NCBI GenBank assembly: GCA_028534125.1
Contig: CM052816.1
Span: 6,698,001-6,762,000 of the forward strand
Source: Lama glama
Lineage: Eukaryota
Direction of reading: 5' to 3'
DNA: 64,000 bases
In this document: one piece after another, positions 37,201 to 50,390 of the stretch
How the letters are laid out: the number at the start of each line of letters is the position of its first letter
How positions within the stretch are numbered: the stretch's first letter is position 1
Notes under the pieces: generated by a model
The model's database searches: none
Told to the model about the DNA's origin: nothing
What the model saw: only the letters and a program-made list of their open reading frames with translations
Translations under genes and position numbers: made by a program

Positions 37201-39119
37201 GAATCATTGTGCCTCCAATTTAACTTAAGCTAAAATGCCTCTTTTATTAAATAAATTAATATTTTCACATATTCAGAGGAAATGTTTAAGAAGTCTTAGA
37301 GAAAATTGTTTTTCAAACATTCTCACTCTAATTAGAAACATGCACTTTTTTTTATTATTTGTTAATTTCATATCATTATCATCTGTTTCTTCAATGAAAT
37401 TAACTAAGAATATGCACCAAGCAACACTTACTTAGACTTGTTTTAGTAGGTAATAGAAAACTGCAAGTTTCTGTGTTTCTTAATTTGGGTTAGTCTTCTC
37501 ATTTAGTTTGAAATTGCTCTAAAAAGCTTTAGAGAAGGAACAGTCCTGAAATTAGGTATATGATGGTGACTGCCTTAGCAAACTCTTTCTTCACAATTCC
37601 ATGGTATGCATCTCAATTTGAATTAGCCAACTCCAGATTCATGAGTCTCAACTGCTTCTTACTCTGATGTTCCTGAACCCACCAGATGTAAATAAAGGTG
37701 ATTTATTTCCAATTCTTCAAGCTCCATGCAGCCAATGATCGGGGACTAGAAAATGGCTTCTTTTCCATTAATGTAGTGCTGACACCTCCTTGTTCTGTGA
37801 TTAGGGAGATGCCTACATCATGATGAAATTGTGAATTAAAAAAGGGGAATTTTTTTTTCCCCTTAGTGTCAGTGTTGGGAAAGGGAGACAGAATTAGGAT
37901 ATCTAGTTTCTATCTCATCTCAGATCTGACACCAAACAGTTAACTTCAGGCAAGTCTTGTTTTTTCTCTAGGCCTAAATTTTCCCATACAAACAACTGGG
38001 ATGTTTGGTAGGTGCCTGGATAGAAAGAATGCTAGAATGAATGGACACATAAAGAATAAACTTAGCTGATCTCCAATGTGCTATCAGCTCCACCATCTCA
38101 GGAAGGCCAGGTTTCTTCCTCCGGCTGGAGCCACTGTTTCAGGACCATGAAAGCAGAAGAACCATGGCTGGCAATGAAAGAACTTGGAATGGGTTTATTA
38201 GCCTGTGCCTGGATTTAATTTGGAGAAAGGGTTACAATTCCATGAACCCCTATAACTGAACCTACATTCAGAGATCAAGAATTATACTATCCTAAATATC
38301 ACCACTGGCATGGACAATAGATGATCTAGTCCAACTTCATTATAATATTAACATTATCTGCAAAGGAATCTTTGATGCTTTAAATCAAGGAAGAAATAGG
38401 CATTTCAAGCTTCCTGGCAGGAATGCAGCAGTAAGTAGGGTCTTTGTACTTCTAATGAGATGATACAACCTATAACCCACGTTATTTCTACGTGAAAGGT
38501 CATACTCACTCCTCTCCTAGAGCAAATGCCTGAGAAAATTTCTTCAGCTTTGCCTTTGATCTGGCCCAGTTTAGAAGATGAATCAGCAGGTTTTCCAAGG
38601 CCATGGAAAAGGAGCTCTGATTTAAATCTTCCTCCATCCATCCCAGTCCCTGTTCAATAAGCCTAGCTCCCTAGGCTGAGTCCTTGCAGAAGGCCTGACT
38701 TGATAGAACTTGCAAATTGAATTTCTAGTCTTGATTACCTAGCCCTCATTTCTCAGTGAGTAATCAATTTTTTTTACAATTACAATTACAATTATAACTA
38801 GCCTGTGCCCAGAAGCAAAGCTACTGTGAGAAACAGGCTTTAACAAGGTAAAAGGCAGATGGAAGATGAAGTCCAAAGAATCTTTACCTTGGTGAAGTAA
38901 AAGTACCACTGTTTGAGGCTTTTAAATCACTACTGGATTCTCATGGATAATTTGCTTTAATTAAGTATCATCTTGCTGCGCTGGTGTTATTAAAAACTTA
39001 GATGTGAGGAGGAAAATTAAGCAAAAAATAAATATCAAATGCAAATACAGGACTTTCTACATTTAGGTAGCCAAAGGGTAACTTTAAGGTAATTTGTTCC
39101 TACTTGTATTCTTGTATAC

Positions 39120-40020
39120 ATGCATACCTGCATTTAGTCATCCATTCAGCATGCACCCATTACACCAAACACTATGCTAAGTGCAAGGGATGTTTAAAAA
39201 TACAAGTTCTGACCTCAAGAAGCTTACAGACTATAAAGAGATAGACAAGTAAACATCTAAAAATACAATGACAGCAATTTCTTTTTTTTCTTACTCCCAA
39301 CATCCGATTTTCCACTAAATCTGACATAGATCTTGAATTATTCCTCTTTTCTTCATCTCCGTTAATACTCCAGTCCAAACCTCTATCAGCTCTTGTCTAG
39401 ATCACAGAAATACGTGTGTCTCTGTTTGCTATCATTTCAGTCCTATGATCCACTGTCCACAAAAAATAAGTTACTGATCTTTTCAAAACTTACATTAAAT
39501 GTATCACTTTACTGCTTAAAGTGAGTGGATTTTTGACTCACTTAGAATCAACAACCTACAATGCCCTAGACAATTGTAACCATCAATCTCATCTTCTCCT
39601 ATCCTACAATTTCCCCACAAGGAATCAGATATACTGATCTTCTTTTGCTTTTTCACTGTCCTAAATCTATGCTTGGCTTACTCCTGCTTGTCACTCAAGC
39701 TTCAGTTTAATGCCATACCCTCAGAGGTGACCTTTCTTGACCATACCATCTATAGTCATCCACTAGGCAGTCTCTACTTCATACCCTGTTTCATTCTCTT
39801 TATGGAACTTACCTAATATATTTTTATTTGTGTATTGTCAGTCTCCATGAGAAGAGGGGCCCTGTCTCTCTTGTTTACCATTCCATTCATAGTGCTTAGA
39901 ACAGCACCTAGCAAACAGAATGGCAAGCCTAAGCTTCATGAGGACAGTGTGTGTCTGTCTTATTCTTGCTGATCCCCAATAGCAATATTGCAGGTGCTCC
40001 AAAATGACAGCTGAATGGGG
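39120..40020. mobile_element. L2 fragments in both orientations
   Basis: GACCTCAAGAAGCTTACAGACTA; CCCTCAGAGGTGACCTTTCTTGACCA; CTCCATGAGAAGAGGGGCCCTGTCTCTCTTGTTTACC...AGTGCTTAGAACAGCACC. Confidence 0.75.
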
Positions 40021-40599
40021 TTTCTAAGAAAGATTCCCTTATCCAAGATGATGAGTGACAAACATCAAAGACTTCCTAATGGCATGGGCCCCTCATCCAA
40101 GCTGGTGAAACCATAAACACGAACAAAACATCTTGCTTATATTAGGTCCAAAGAGAATAATGGCAGAGAAGTATCAAATGTGTCTGTATTTTCTTGTGTT
40201 AATTAATAATAATATATATTACTAATGATAACAACATATAATTTCTAGCAAAAAAAGTGACATTAAGAATCATAATAATTTGCAAAGAAAGAACAAAGAT
40301 TCTATCCTCAAATTACTTTGTCATGTATATATTTGCATTGTGTTTGCATTGACTGTGTGTCTGTGTTTAACCAAAAGAGGGAATATCTATCCATGCAGGC
40401 AAAAATCAGTTTCTTAAAAAAAATCCCTGAAAAGTGCCCATCATTCCAGCCAAATCAGTATCTCCTGACCTGTCCTGACACCTGCAATGTCCATATTATT
40501 TATGACTCCAAGTTATCATGTTGAAATCCCTCTTTTAAGGCAAAAAAATTATATAGGAGGACCCATAAAACTGGTTCTTACCTTCGCATGAAACTTGCC

Positions 40600-40760
40600 A
40601 ATTTACAAGCACTGGCAAATTTATTACCTCCTTTTATCCCCACAGACACTGTTGTTTCAATTTTACAGATGAGGAAACTGAGGTTTAAAGATTAAATGGC
40701 TTGTGCAAAGCATAACAGCCGATTTATGACAAATCCAACATTAAAACCTGGTCTTTTAGC
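40600..40760 (-). mobile_element. MIR SINE
   Basis: ATTTTACAGATGAGGAAACTGAGGTTTAAAGATTAAATGGCTTG. Confidence 0.85.
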
Positions 40761-41569
40761 TCAAGGAAGAAATCAGAGTATAAGACTCTAAAATGGTTAA
40801 GTTTTGATAATGAAATAGTAACAGGACCTTGGACAATAAGGTGCTATAAGAAAGTACGGCAGTGAGACAGGAGGTTCTGTATATCCAAGCAGTGGCCTAA
40901 TTGGGGAGAAAATTTGCCCAGATCTGGATAAAGAGCTTCCAGTGGTCATTTCCTTTCCATGGCATCTGGCCTCCAAGTTATTCCTTTCCACTGGGATTAA
41001 TCCATCACCATATTCAGAGCCATTTTCTAAGTTATTAATCATTTGGGAGCAGTGCTGCTTCAGCAAGAATCCAGCAAGGTGACTGCTAAAAGCCAGGAGA
41101 GGACAAAAGAAAACCAGAGATAGGTAGTGAGACAGCCAGCCAGGCGAACTCAAGACAGACACAGCAGCACAGCCAGAGGGACACCCTAATAGAAGTGCCA
41201 GGGACTGACATTTAACTAGGACAGAGAGCAAGTAAGCATGTGAGACCAGTGAACAGTTTAAAATCATAATTCATCAATTCCTTCACTGCCCAAACATCAC
41301 TGCAGGACAATCCTTAGTCTAGACCTCGAAACTAAGCCATTAATTTCAAACTGTGAAGTGAAGCCTTCAATAGATGAAGTCAGAAGATCCCCTCACTTAA
41401 AATTCAGTCAAAAACTATCTTTAAAATCCATCCAGTAGCGGGTATAAAAGTCACAGAGTCCACCTGCTGCTCTAGATTGAAATCAGGTAGTCTGTTCTGG
41501 GAGATTTGCTCTGCACTGAATTTACCATTCTCAGAGGATAGCTAGTGCCGGGGTTTAGCCCTCAATGAC

Positions 41570-42085
41570 AGTGAACCTTAGATCAAGAATTTCATCCCAT
41601 TTGGATCAGTATACCTACTGCCTCCCTTGATCGGACACTGACTCCCAACTCTAGCCTCCCTCTCAACCCTGAGCATGACCACAAACTGTGCCCTGCTCCC
41701 AAAGAGTAAAGTCTGACCTCAGCTACAAACAAGCAGACTTACTCCTGAAACTAACCGCAGATTGCCATCTAACCCTGGGCACAGAATTAGCCTTAACCCC
41801 AACAATACTGGGCTCTGATCCTGACCCCAGAATGAGGCCATTCATTAATTCTTTATTCGACAACTATTAAAGTGCCTAATATATGCCAGACTCTCTGCAG
41901 GGCAACAGGGATATGGTAATTAACAAAACATTCATGTTGTACAGACAAAAAGTCAATTAATTACCATTTTCATATATATTTACTGATGATACAACACCAA
42001 ACATTAACTGACTCTAGACCTTAGTCACAGATTGAGTCATAACACCCAGACACAGACTGACCCAGAGCGGAGACTGAGTATCTAT
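41570..42085 (+). repeat. Highly degenerate ~22-24 bp minisatellite (consensus ~TGACCCTRGNCACAGACTGAGCC) interrupted by an L2 fragment (~41838-41990)
   Basis: Units such as TAACCCTGGGCACAGAATTAGCCT, TGATCCTGACCCCAGAATGAGGCC, AGACCTTAGTCACAGATTGAGTCA, AACACCCAGACACAGACTGACCC. Confidence 0.6.
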
Positions 42086-43999
42086 GCCAACTAAAAATTT
42101 GGAGGAATCACAGGAAGAGCTTCTTAAAACCACTGTAGGCAATACTGGGATTAGGTGCCCATTAAAGACCTGACAAGCTGCAAAAGCAATCATTCAGTGT
42201 GTGGTGATGTGGAGAAAAGCCAATACAGTTTCCCAGTGACATCAAAACAGAGACAAACACACATGGGAACTCTCTGGTTTAGTAGCATCAGCCAGGAGTA
42301 GAGGTGATAAAGTTGGCTGTGTGCACATTAATCATTAATGGAGCACAGAGAACAAGATGGAGGCAGAGGATGGAGAGAACTATAGGATCCAGAGTAATGT
42401 TTGAAAATCTGTCTAGGAAGGCAATGGGATTTGAAGGGTCAAGACCTAAGGATGGAGAAAAGGGATTCCTTATAGAGAAATCAGAACATCAAGCTTGGAG
42501 TGTGGAATGGTCACACTGTGTTTAAAGGATAAAATGGTCATCTTTGGATTGCAGGATACTCTGGAGGCATTAAAGAGTGAGTGGGGCCATTTTGTGGTCA
42601 GACTAGAATGCCCAGCAAAGGCTCTCAGCAGCAACAGAATGTGATTTTACATTCAGTTCAGTTTGGAAAACACTTATTAAGGATCAATTATAAGCTTTTT
42701 CTTCATTTTTGTGCACCCAGAACTTAGTTTTAATCTTTTAGCAACACTCCATTAACATGGAAGGAACAAGAATAAGAGGGGATAAAAGAGAAAAAAGGCA
42801 AGTGAAGTCGAAGTTTTGCTGACAATTCTTCATCAATGAAGCCATGAGAGCACCAGCAAGAACTTGGAAACCTCCAGAAATGTATCTCATTGATAAAACT
42901 ACCTTGAACTAGTCTTACAAACACAAATTCTATAGCTTCTACATGGGGACTATCTGGAGTTGCCGTTTTGGCCTCCGTCCTCCTCACATTTTCAGGAATA
43001 TTAAAAGAGTAATTGACCCTACAAGGTTGGGGAATAGAGAAACTCGTGATGAAAGGCTGAGAGGTGGGACTTTCTCACCGCTGAATTGAATCCCCCAGGG
43101 TATTAAAAACCAGGGAAAGTTCACTTTAAAAACTCTTTCATCAGATTTCTTTAATGCCAAGCAACTAAACCCTGGTATTGTACCCACTGTCCTACCTGGT
43201 TCTGTCTGCCTTGCACCCAGTGAAGTTGCAGAGAAAGGAAAGAAAAGGATAAAAAAAAAGAAACTAATTCACTGCAATTGAGGTTAATCCCACTGAAAGC
43301 CTCAATCCATGTTAGCAGCTAATCCAGTTAGCGCAGCTTTCATGGGGAGCTTTGATAAATCCTTTAGCCTCTTGCTGGAACCACAGGTCCCTGACCTGCT
43401 CAGCATTCATGAGGAGAACCATCAATAATGCAACAGATCTGGCACTTGTCTGGCTTAGTGACACGTTAGTGACACCAAGACCCCACTCAAGGTCAGAGCC
43501 TTCCCAGACATTACTCCTTTGGCTTTATCTCCCCTACTACAGTACATCACAGTTTTAAATCACCCAACCAAGCTCTTACATTTTCAATTTTGCATTCCTC
43601 GTCAGTTGTTTTCTGTGTGATTAAGTGTTGTTCCCAATCAAATTATAAAATCCTTGAGATTAGGAATTGCACTGTAGATTTCTACAGACAACCTCCAGAA
43701 GTGCCCAGAACAAAGTTTAGCACAGAGTAGGAGCTCAAAAAATATCTGCTTTATTGGTTTATGGGTAACACCAATCTCTTAGATACCAAGACTCTACTGC
43801 ACACACCAGTGACACGGAGTTTGAGTACTGGTCTCCCCCATCTCTGCTAGGTTACCCTGATATGCCGTGTTGCTGTCTTGGCCCTCTTATAATTTCATTT
43901 TGTAAATGGGAATCCAAATTTTTGACTGTTTATATACAACTCCCAGGCCAAGCTTTGCTGATCAAATTTCAATTCTAGTATTTTCCATGTGTTTTAAAG

Positions 44000-44958
44000 T
44001 ATTTTTATTGTGGTAAAATGTATGACATAAAATTTACCATTTTTACCATCTTTAATTGCACAATTCAATGGCATTAAATGCATTCACAATGTTGTACTAC
44101 CATCACCGCTATCTACTTCCAGAACTTTTTAATCATCCAGAAACTCTGTACCCGTTAAACAAAAACTCATCCTTCTTCTCTCCCCTGAATCCCTGGGAAC
44201 TTCCGATCTGTTTTCTTTCTCTATCAATTTGCCTATTCTAGGTACCTCATATAAGTAGAATCTTACAGTATCTGTCCTATTTCACTTGAGATAATATTTT
44301 CACGGTTCATGAGGTTAGGAGACAGAGACCTCATGTTGTAGCATGTATCAGAATTTCATTCCTTTTGCGGTTTAATAATATTCCATTGCATACATGTTTT
44401 GTTTATTCTGTTGATGGAGACTTGGGTTGTTTCTACCTTTGGGCTATTGTGAATCATGCTGCTATGAACACTGGTGTACAAGTATCTGTTCAAGTCCTTG
44501 TTTTTAATTCTTTTGAGTATTTACCTAGAAGTGAAATTACTAGATCATATGATAATTCTATGTAATTTTTTGAGGAACCACTGAACTTCTTTTCTCAGCA
44601 GCTGAACACTTTACATACTCACCAGCAATGCATGAGGGTTCCAATTTCTCCACACCCTCACCACACTTGAGTTTCTAGTTTTTTGTTTTGTTTCTTTCTG
44701 TTTTATAATAGACATCCTAATGGGTATGATGTGCTGTTTCACTGTGGTTTTGATTTTCTTCCCTAATGATGTTGAGCATCTTTTCCTATGTTTATAGACC
44801 ATTTGTATATCCTCTTAGAGAAATACCTATTCAAATCCTTTGCCTATTTTTAATTGGGTTATTTTTGTTGTTGTTGAGCTGTAGGAGTTCTTTATATAGT
44901 CTAGATATTAACCCTTTATCAGATATATGATTTGCAAATATTTCCCCCATTCTGTAGG
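44000..44958 (-). mobile_element. L1MB-type 3' ~1 kb
   Basis: TTTTTATTGTGGTAAAATGTATGACATAAAATTTACCAT...GCTATTGTGAATCATGCTGCTATGAACA...TTTGCAAATATTTCCCCCATTCTGTAGG. Confidence 0.92.
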
Positions 44959-45742
44959 TCTGTACAACCTATTTTGTAATGCCCCTATCTTCTTTTATTT
45001 TTAATGTAGCCTCTTTCCCCTCAACAGATCCCATGTTCTCAATGTATTCACCCTAGTCCCTGAATACCCAAGAGGCCTCAGTCTCCCTAATAGCACTGGC
45101 GTGCCATTGTTCAGATATTATTCTCTTTTATCATAATTATTAACCATCAGCTGCTATCTCTTATTGTAAGTTTACAGTGTGTCTGAAACTCTAGTATGAA
45201 CTTTAGATACATCCTCTCAATTTCTCTGATATCCATGCTATCATTATCCCATTTGACAGATGAGGAAACTGAGATTCAAACTGACAACTTGATAAAAAGA
45301 ATACATACAGTGAAAAGATTTCCTATTAGCATTTATTCATAGACGCTCTCATATCAGAAAGGACTGCATCAACTAATTCACACTAAAATTTTAAATGATT
45401 TCTGTAACCAAGGCTATTCATTTATCCAGTGGAATTTCTTTCACTGGAGAAGTTTCAGGCAAATTGTTAAGGATGTTTCAGGGTTAGTTGGGACAAGTCA
45501 AATTATTTGGGGTAGATAATTGTTCTTCTTCTGCTCAAAAGTAAAGACAATTCTTATACAAGTCTTCTGACTACCTAATAGGCAAAGAAAAGAAGAGCCC
45601 TTTCTTGACAAACTCAACCAAAGAATTAACTGTCATCAGGAAAGCACTGAACAAGGTAAGATGCCTCAGAAGCTCTCTCTGTTTCGACTCTAAATGTGTG
45701 ACCCCGGTCATTTCAGATATTATATGGAGACTAGTGCTTAGC

Positions 45743-46131
45743 TGTTTGGACTGAATCATGTCTTCCTCAAAATTCATGTATTGAAGCCCTAATGTGATGG
45801 TATTTGGAGATGGAGGATTTGGCAGTAAATTAGGGTTAGATGGGGTCATGAGGATGGACTGCCCTGGTCCAGTGGGACTGCTGTACTTATAAAGAAGGAG
45901 GGACACCAGAGCTCTCCCTCCACATGTCTACATCAGGGAAAGGCCATATGAGAACATAGTAAGAAGGCAATCATCTGCAAGCTAGGAAGAGAGACCTCAT
46001 CAGAAATCAACTTGGCCAGAATGTAGATCTTAAACTTCTAGCCTCCAGAAATGAGAGAGAAAATAAATTTCTGTTCGAAAAGCCAACTATTCCATGGTAT
46101 TTTGTTATGGCAGCCCACATTGACTAATATG
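45743..46131 (+). mobile_element. MLT1A-type solo LTR
   Basis: TGTTTGGACTGAATCATGTCTTCCTCAAAATTCATG...GGTATTTTGTTATGGCAGCCC; perfect TSD TTAGC/TTAGC. Confidence 0.9.
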
Positions 46132-46714
46132 TTAGCTATACAATCTTCAGGCCTTTTCCTTTCTTCCAGGTCTTACTTTTCTGTTAGATGACTATAGAAT
46201 GCCATTGTACCTATCAGTCGCCTAATGCTACCTCATCCACCTAGTAAGCAATCCTACCTCTTATAGAAGGATCAGTGACTTAACCAAGTAAGTAAAGCAG
46301 GAAGACCCCAGGTCTGCAAGCTGTGCACATGTTTTAGCAACACTGACAAAGTAAAATAACCGAGTCACTGCAATGACTTCCCTCTTTACTTACTGTACAG
46401 ATCAAACAAACACAGGAAGTGCCTACCACCAACATGCTGAGTTTTCCAATGAGGTCACATGATCTTTTTATTCTCTACCTTGAATTGCTATAAGGCCCAA
46501 CACTATAGTTTTATAGCTAAAATTACAGAGTTTAAAGCCATACCTTGTACCACTTGCAAGCTAGATAACTCTGAGAAACTAAATTAATCTCTCTTAGCCT
46601 TATTTGTTCATCAGGAAAACAGTGGTAACAATAATTAGACTATATTAATATAACATAATATATAGCATAATAACAGAATTGTTATTACAAGGAAAAATAT
46701 AATAATTCATAGAG

Positions 46715-49630
46715 TAGAGAGAAGTTCTAATTTCAGTAATAATAGAGTAACATGTATCGGACTAACAAAATCATAGACGATAATAATAAACTGAATGAAA
46801 TGTTCTTTAAAAACATTAACTATTTTAAGGCACTGAGACTGATCAAAAGCAGATGGAAATTGGAGTGTATTCTATCCATGAAAGAAGGAAATGACATGGG
46901 GGTAAGATCTATTTTTATTTAGCTTTGTTCCTGAGGGCATTCTCTGGTCCACATTGTACAGACTGGATAATAGTCAAGCAGAATGTTGCAGTCTTATTGG
47001 CCACAGGTGTCAAGATTTCTATGCTTCCAGAATGGCTAGAAATTAATGGATAAAAATCCAAGAAAGAGAGAACATATGGAGGGGGAAGTACCAATATAAA
47101 CACCTCCCACATCTTTGGTCAAGGTGAGAACAGGACTTATGAGCAACTCAAGGAATGAAGCAGAAATCAACAGTGGAAGTGATATTTCAGCTTCTATCCA
47201 CTTCAGAGGAGACAGCACTTGGTGGTTTAACCATGTCATGTTAGAAATGCTTGATAAATGACTTCAGCTTTCCATTAATGCTCCAAAATAACTACAACAC
47301 AGGGTAAAGATAATATCTCAGGATTAAAGGATTCTCCCTAGGATTAAGAGCAAACCAGAAACATACATACCCTAAAAATGTATGAAACCAATCCCTCACA
47401 AGTTCAGCATGATCATTCAGTAACTTAGCTGCCTGGTAGAACAAATCCTGATAAAAGAAAAAATTTTAAATACAGAATATCTACAATGTATCATGCAGAA
47501 TATCCAATTTTATTATATGTGAGAAGAGAGAAAAATGTGACCCACAGTCAAGGGAAAAGGCAAATAATTGAAACAGACCCTCAGCACTTCCCAGATGTAA
47601 TTATCAGAGCATGGCTTTAATGTGACTATTTGAAATATCTTAAAAAAAAAAAAAACTTAAGGGAAACATTGGTCTCAATTAACAATGAGATGGGATATCA
47701 AAAGAAAAATTTAAATTACAGAACAGAACCAACTGATAATTCTAGTACTGACACACGCACTATTAGATATAAAATATTAATTTAATGGAAATAACAGCAG
47801 AATGGAAACCAAAGGCAAAGGGGTTAGTGAACTTGAAAGGAGATCAAAAGAAATGGTCTAATTTTATGAATAGAGAGAAAACGCCTGGGAAAAATAATAA
47901 CAGTCTCAGTGACCTGTGGGAAAACATCTACCCGTCTAGCACGTATAGAGACTCATAAGGGGATAAAAGAAAAATGAAGAAAACATATTTGAAGAAATAT
48001 TGGCTGAAAATTTCCCAACTACTATGAAAAAAAGGTCAAATCAAAGATTAAAACATCACTGCAAGCCCCAACAGGATCAATATAAAGAAAATCACACGTC
48101 AGAGTCAAACTGATAAAAGTGAAACATAAAGAGAAAAATCTTAAAAGTAACCAGAGACAAGAGGCACATTATATACAGGGGATAAAAATATTACAATGGC
48201 TGATCTTTCATCACAGGAATAGAAGCGCCAGAAGCCAATGGGATGACATCTTTAAAATTCTGAGAAAATAAAATTATCAATCTATAAATCCATATCCAGT
48301 GAAAATATCCTTTAAACCTACTGGTAATTTTTAATTTTTTTTTTCAGATAAAGAAATGTTGGGAGAATTAATTGCTAGTACATCTGTGCATAGAAGTGGC
48401 AAAGGAAGTTTTTCAGGCTGAAGATAGATGACACTGAAAGAAACCTTAGATTTCTGAAAATACAGAACACCAGAGATGATAAATACGTGGATACAAATGA
48501 AAGCCAGATATTTATCTTCTTTTAATTTCTTTAAAGTATAATTAATGTATCACAGATTTAAATTTTGAACTGTAATATAGGAAAAGAACCTTTGCACCTT
48601 GAACTAAAATAAAATTTCTTAGATAAAACATGAAAAGCATTATTTATAAAGGAAAAAATGATAAACTAGACTTCATCAAAATTCAAAAACTCTGCTCTGC
48701 AAAAGCCACTGTTAAGAGAATTGAAAAGACAAGCCACAGACCAGGGGAAATATTTACAAAGCACATATCTGACAGAGGACTGGTATCCAGAATAAAAGGA
48801 AACTTCAAACCTCAATAAAGGTAAAAATGTCAATTTTCTTAAATTGGGCAAAAGATTTGAATAGACACTTCGACAAGGAATACATATGGATACCAACTAA
48901 ATAAGCACATGAAAAGAGACTCATTATCATCCATTAGGAAAATGCAAATTAGAACTGCAATAAGATTCTACTACACACCTTTTAGCATGACATCCCTGCT
49001 CCCATAAAAAGGAAAAAAGAAAGAATATCCACAACACAGAACTGCAATTCTTACAGAGTAGTGGTAGGAGTGAAATATGGTACTATCATTTTGCAGCAGA
49101 ATTTAACAGTTCTTATAAAGCTAAGCATACACTGACCACACACACAGACTCACAATATAACTCCAGCAATCCCACTCTTAGATATTTACCCAAGAGAAAT
49201 GAAAATCTGTGTCAATACAAAACCTCTACAAAAAATTCATTCATAATAAGAAAAACTCTGGATATATACAACAGGGATGAATCTCAAAGGCATTTTGCTA
49301 AGTGAGAGAAACTAGTCTCAAAAATTAAGTCTATTAACCCATTTATATGATGTTCTGGAAAGGTAAGCCTCCAAGGAGAGAAAAACACATCAGTGGTTCC
49401 TAGGGTTGGAGTGAGAGGAGGGTTTTGCCACAGCATCTGGACTCTTGAGTTATTCTTTCTCCACTGGGATTAATCCATCACCATACTGGAAGGAAGATTT
49501 TTTTTTTCAGGTGATGGAACTGTCCTATATCCTCATTATGCGGGTAGTGTAGTTACAATAATCTGTACATAGTTAAAACTCACAGATGTATATACCAGTA
49601 AAAAGTCAATTTCACTACGTGTAAATTTAA
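46715..49630 (+). mobile_element. Ancient L1 (L1MC/MD-like): 5' region, degraded ORF1, jump to distal ORF2, then 3'UTR
   Basis: ORF1 remnants ~47560-48460 (AACAGCAGAATGG...TTAGTGAACTTGAA, ATATTTGAAGAAATATTGGCTGAAAATTTCCCAA); distal ORF2 DKLDFIKIQKLCSAKATVKR; 3'UTR GGTGATGGAACTGTCCTATATC. Confidence 0.8.
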
Positions 49631-49659
49631 AACATAGTTTTCAAAAAAGGAAAAATACA

Positions 49660-49887
49660 TTTATTCCCCACTACACACCTACCAGAATGGCTAAAATGAA
49701 AAATATCAACAAAACCAAATTTGGGAAGTATATGGACCAACTGCAACTCTCATGTATTGTCAGTGGGAATATAAAATGGCCCAACCACTTTGGAAAATTT
49801 TTTGACAGTTTCTTAAAGAGTTAAATGTAGCCCTACCTCATGACCCAGTAGAAAAGAAAGCCCCTATCAACCAAAAGACTTACACTT

Positions 49888-49934
<47 letters not shown>

Positions 49935-50390
49935 CTAAGTAACTTTATTTGTAACACTTCAGAACTGGAAATAACTATTCTTTAATGGGTGAATATAGGT
50001 GAATAAAATATATCGTTATATCCATACAATGGAATACCATGGAAATTAGAAACTAGCTAATAAAACCCGCAGTAATATGAATGAATTTCAAAAACATGCT
50101 GATTTAAGGAAAGCAGACTCAAATTCTCACACACTGCATGATTTCACATATATTTAGTCTTTGAACAGACAAAACTAATATATGATACTAGAGAACAAAG
50201 GAGAGGTTGCCTCTGAGGGAATGGAGAGTGACTGGCACGGGGCCCACAGGAATTTACTAGGGTGATGGAAATGTTCTCTGTCTTTATGTTGATTGAGATC
50301 ATGGTTATATGAATACATGTATACTGAGAATATATACTTATCAAACTGTACACATAAGATTTGAGGATTTCACTATATGTACCTTTCATT
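49660..50390 (+). mobile_element. Second old L1 3' end (L1ME/MD-like) containing (CA)n at 49890-49932
   Basis: CCACTACACACCTACCAGAATGGCTAAAATGAAAAA...GGGTGATGGAAATGTTCT...TCAAACTGTACACATAAGAT. Confidence 0.8.

Noticed and set aside
41570..42085. CRISPR-like or other prokaryotic repeat array
   Set aside because: The context is mammalian, the units are degenerate without unique spacers, and there are no cas genes.
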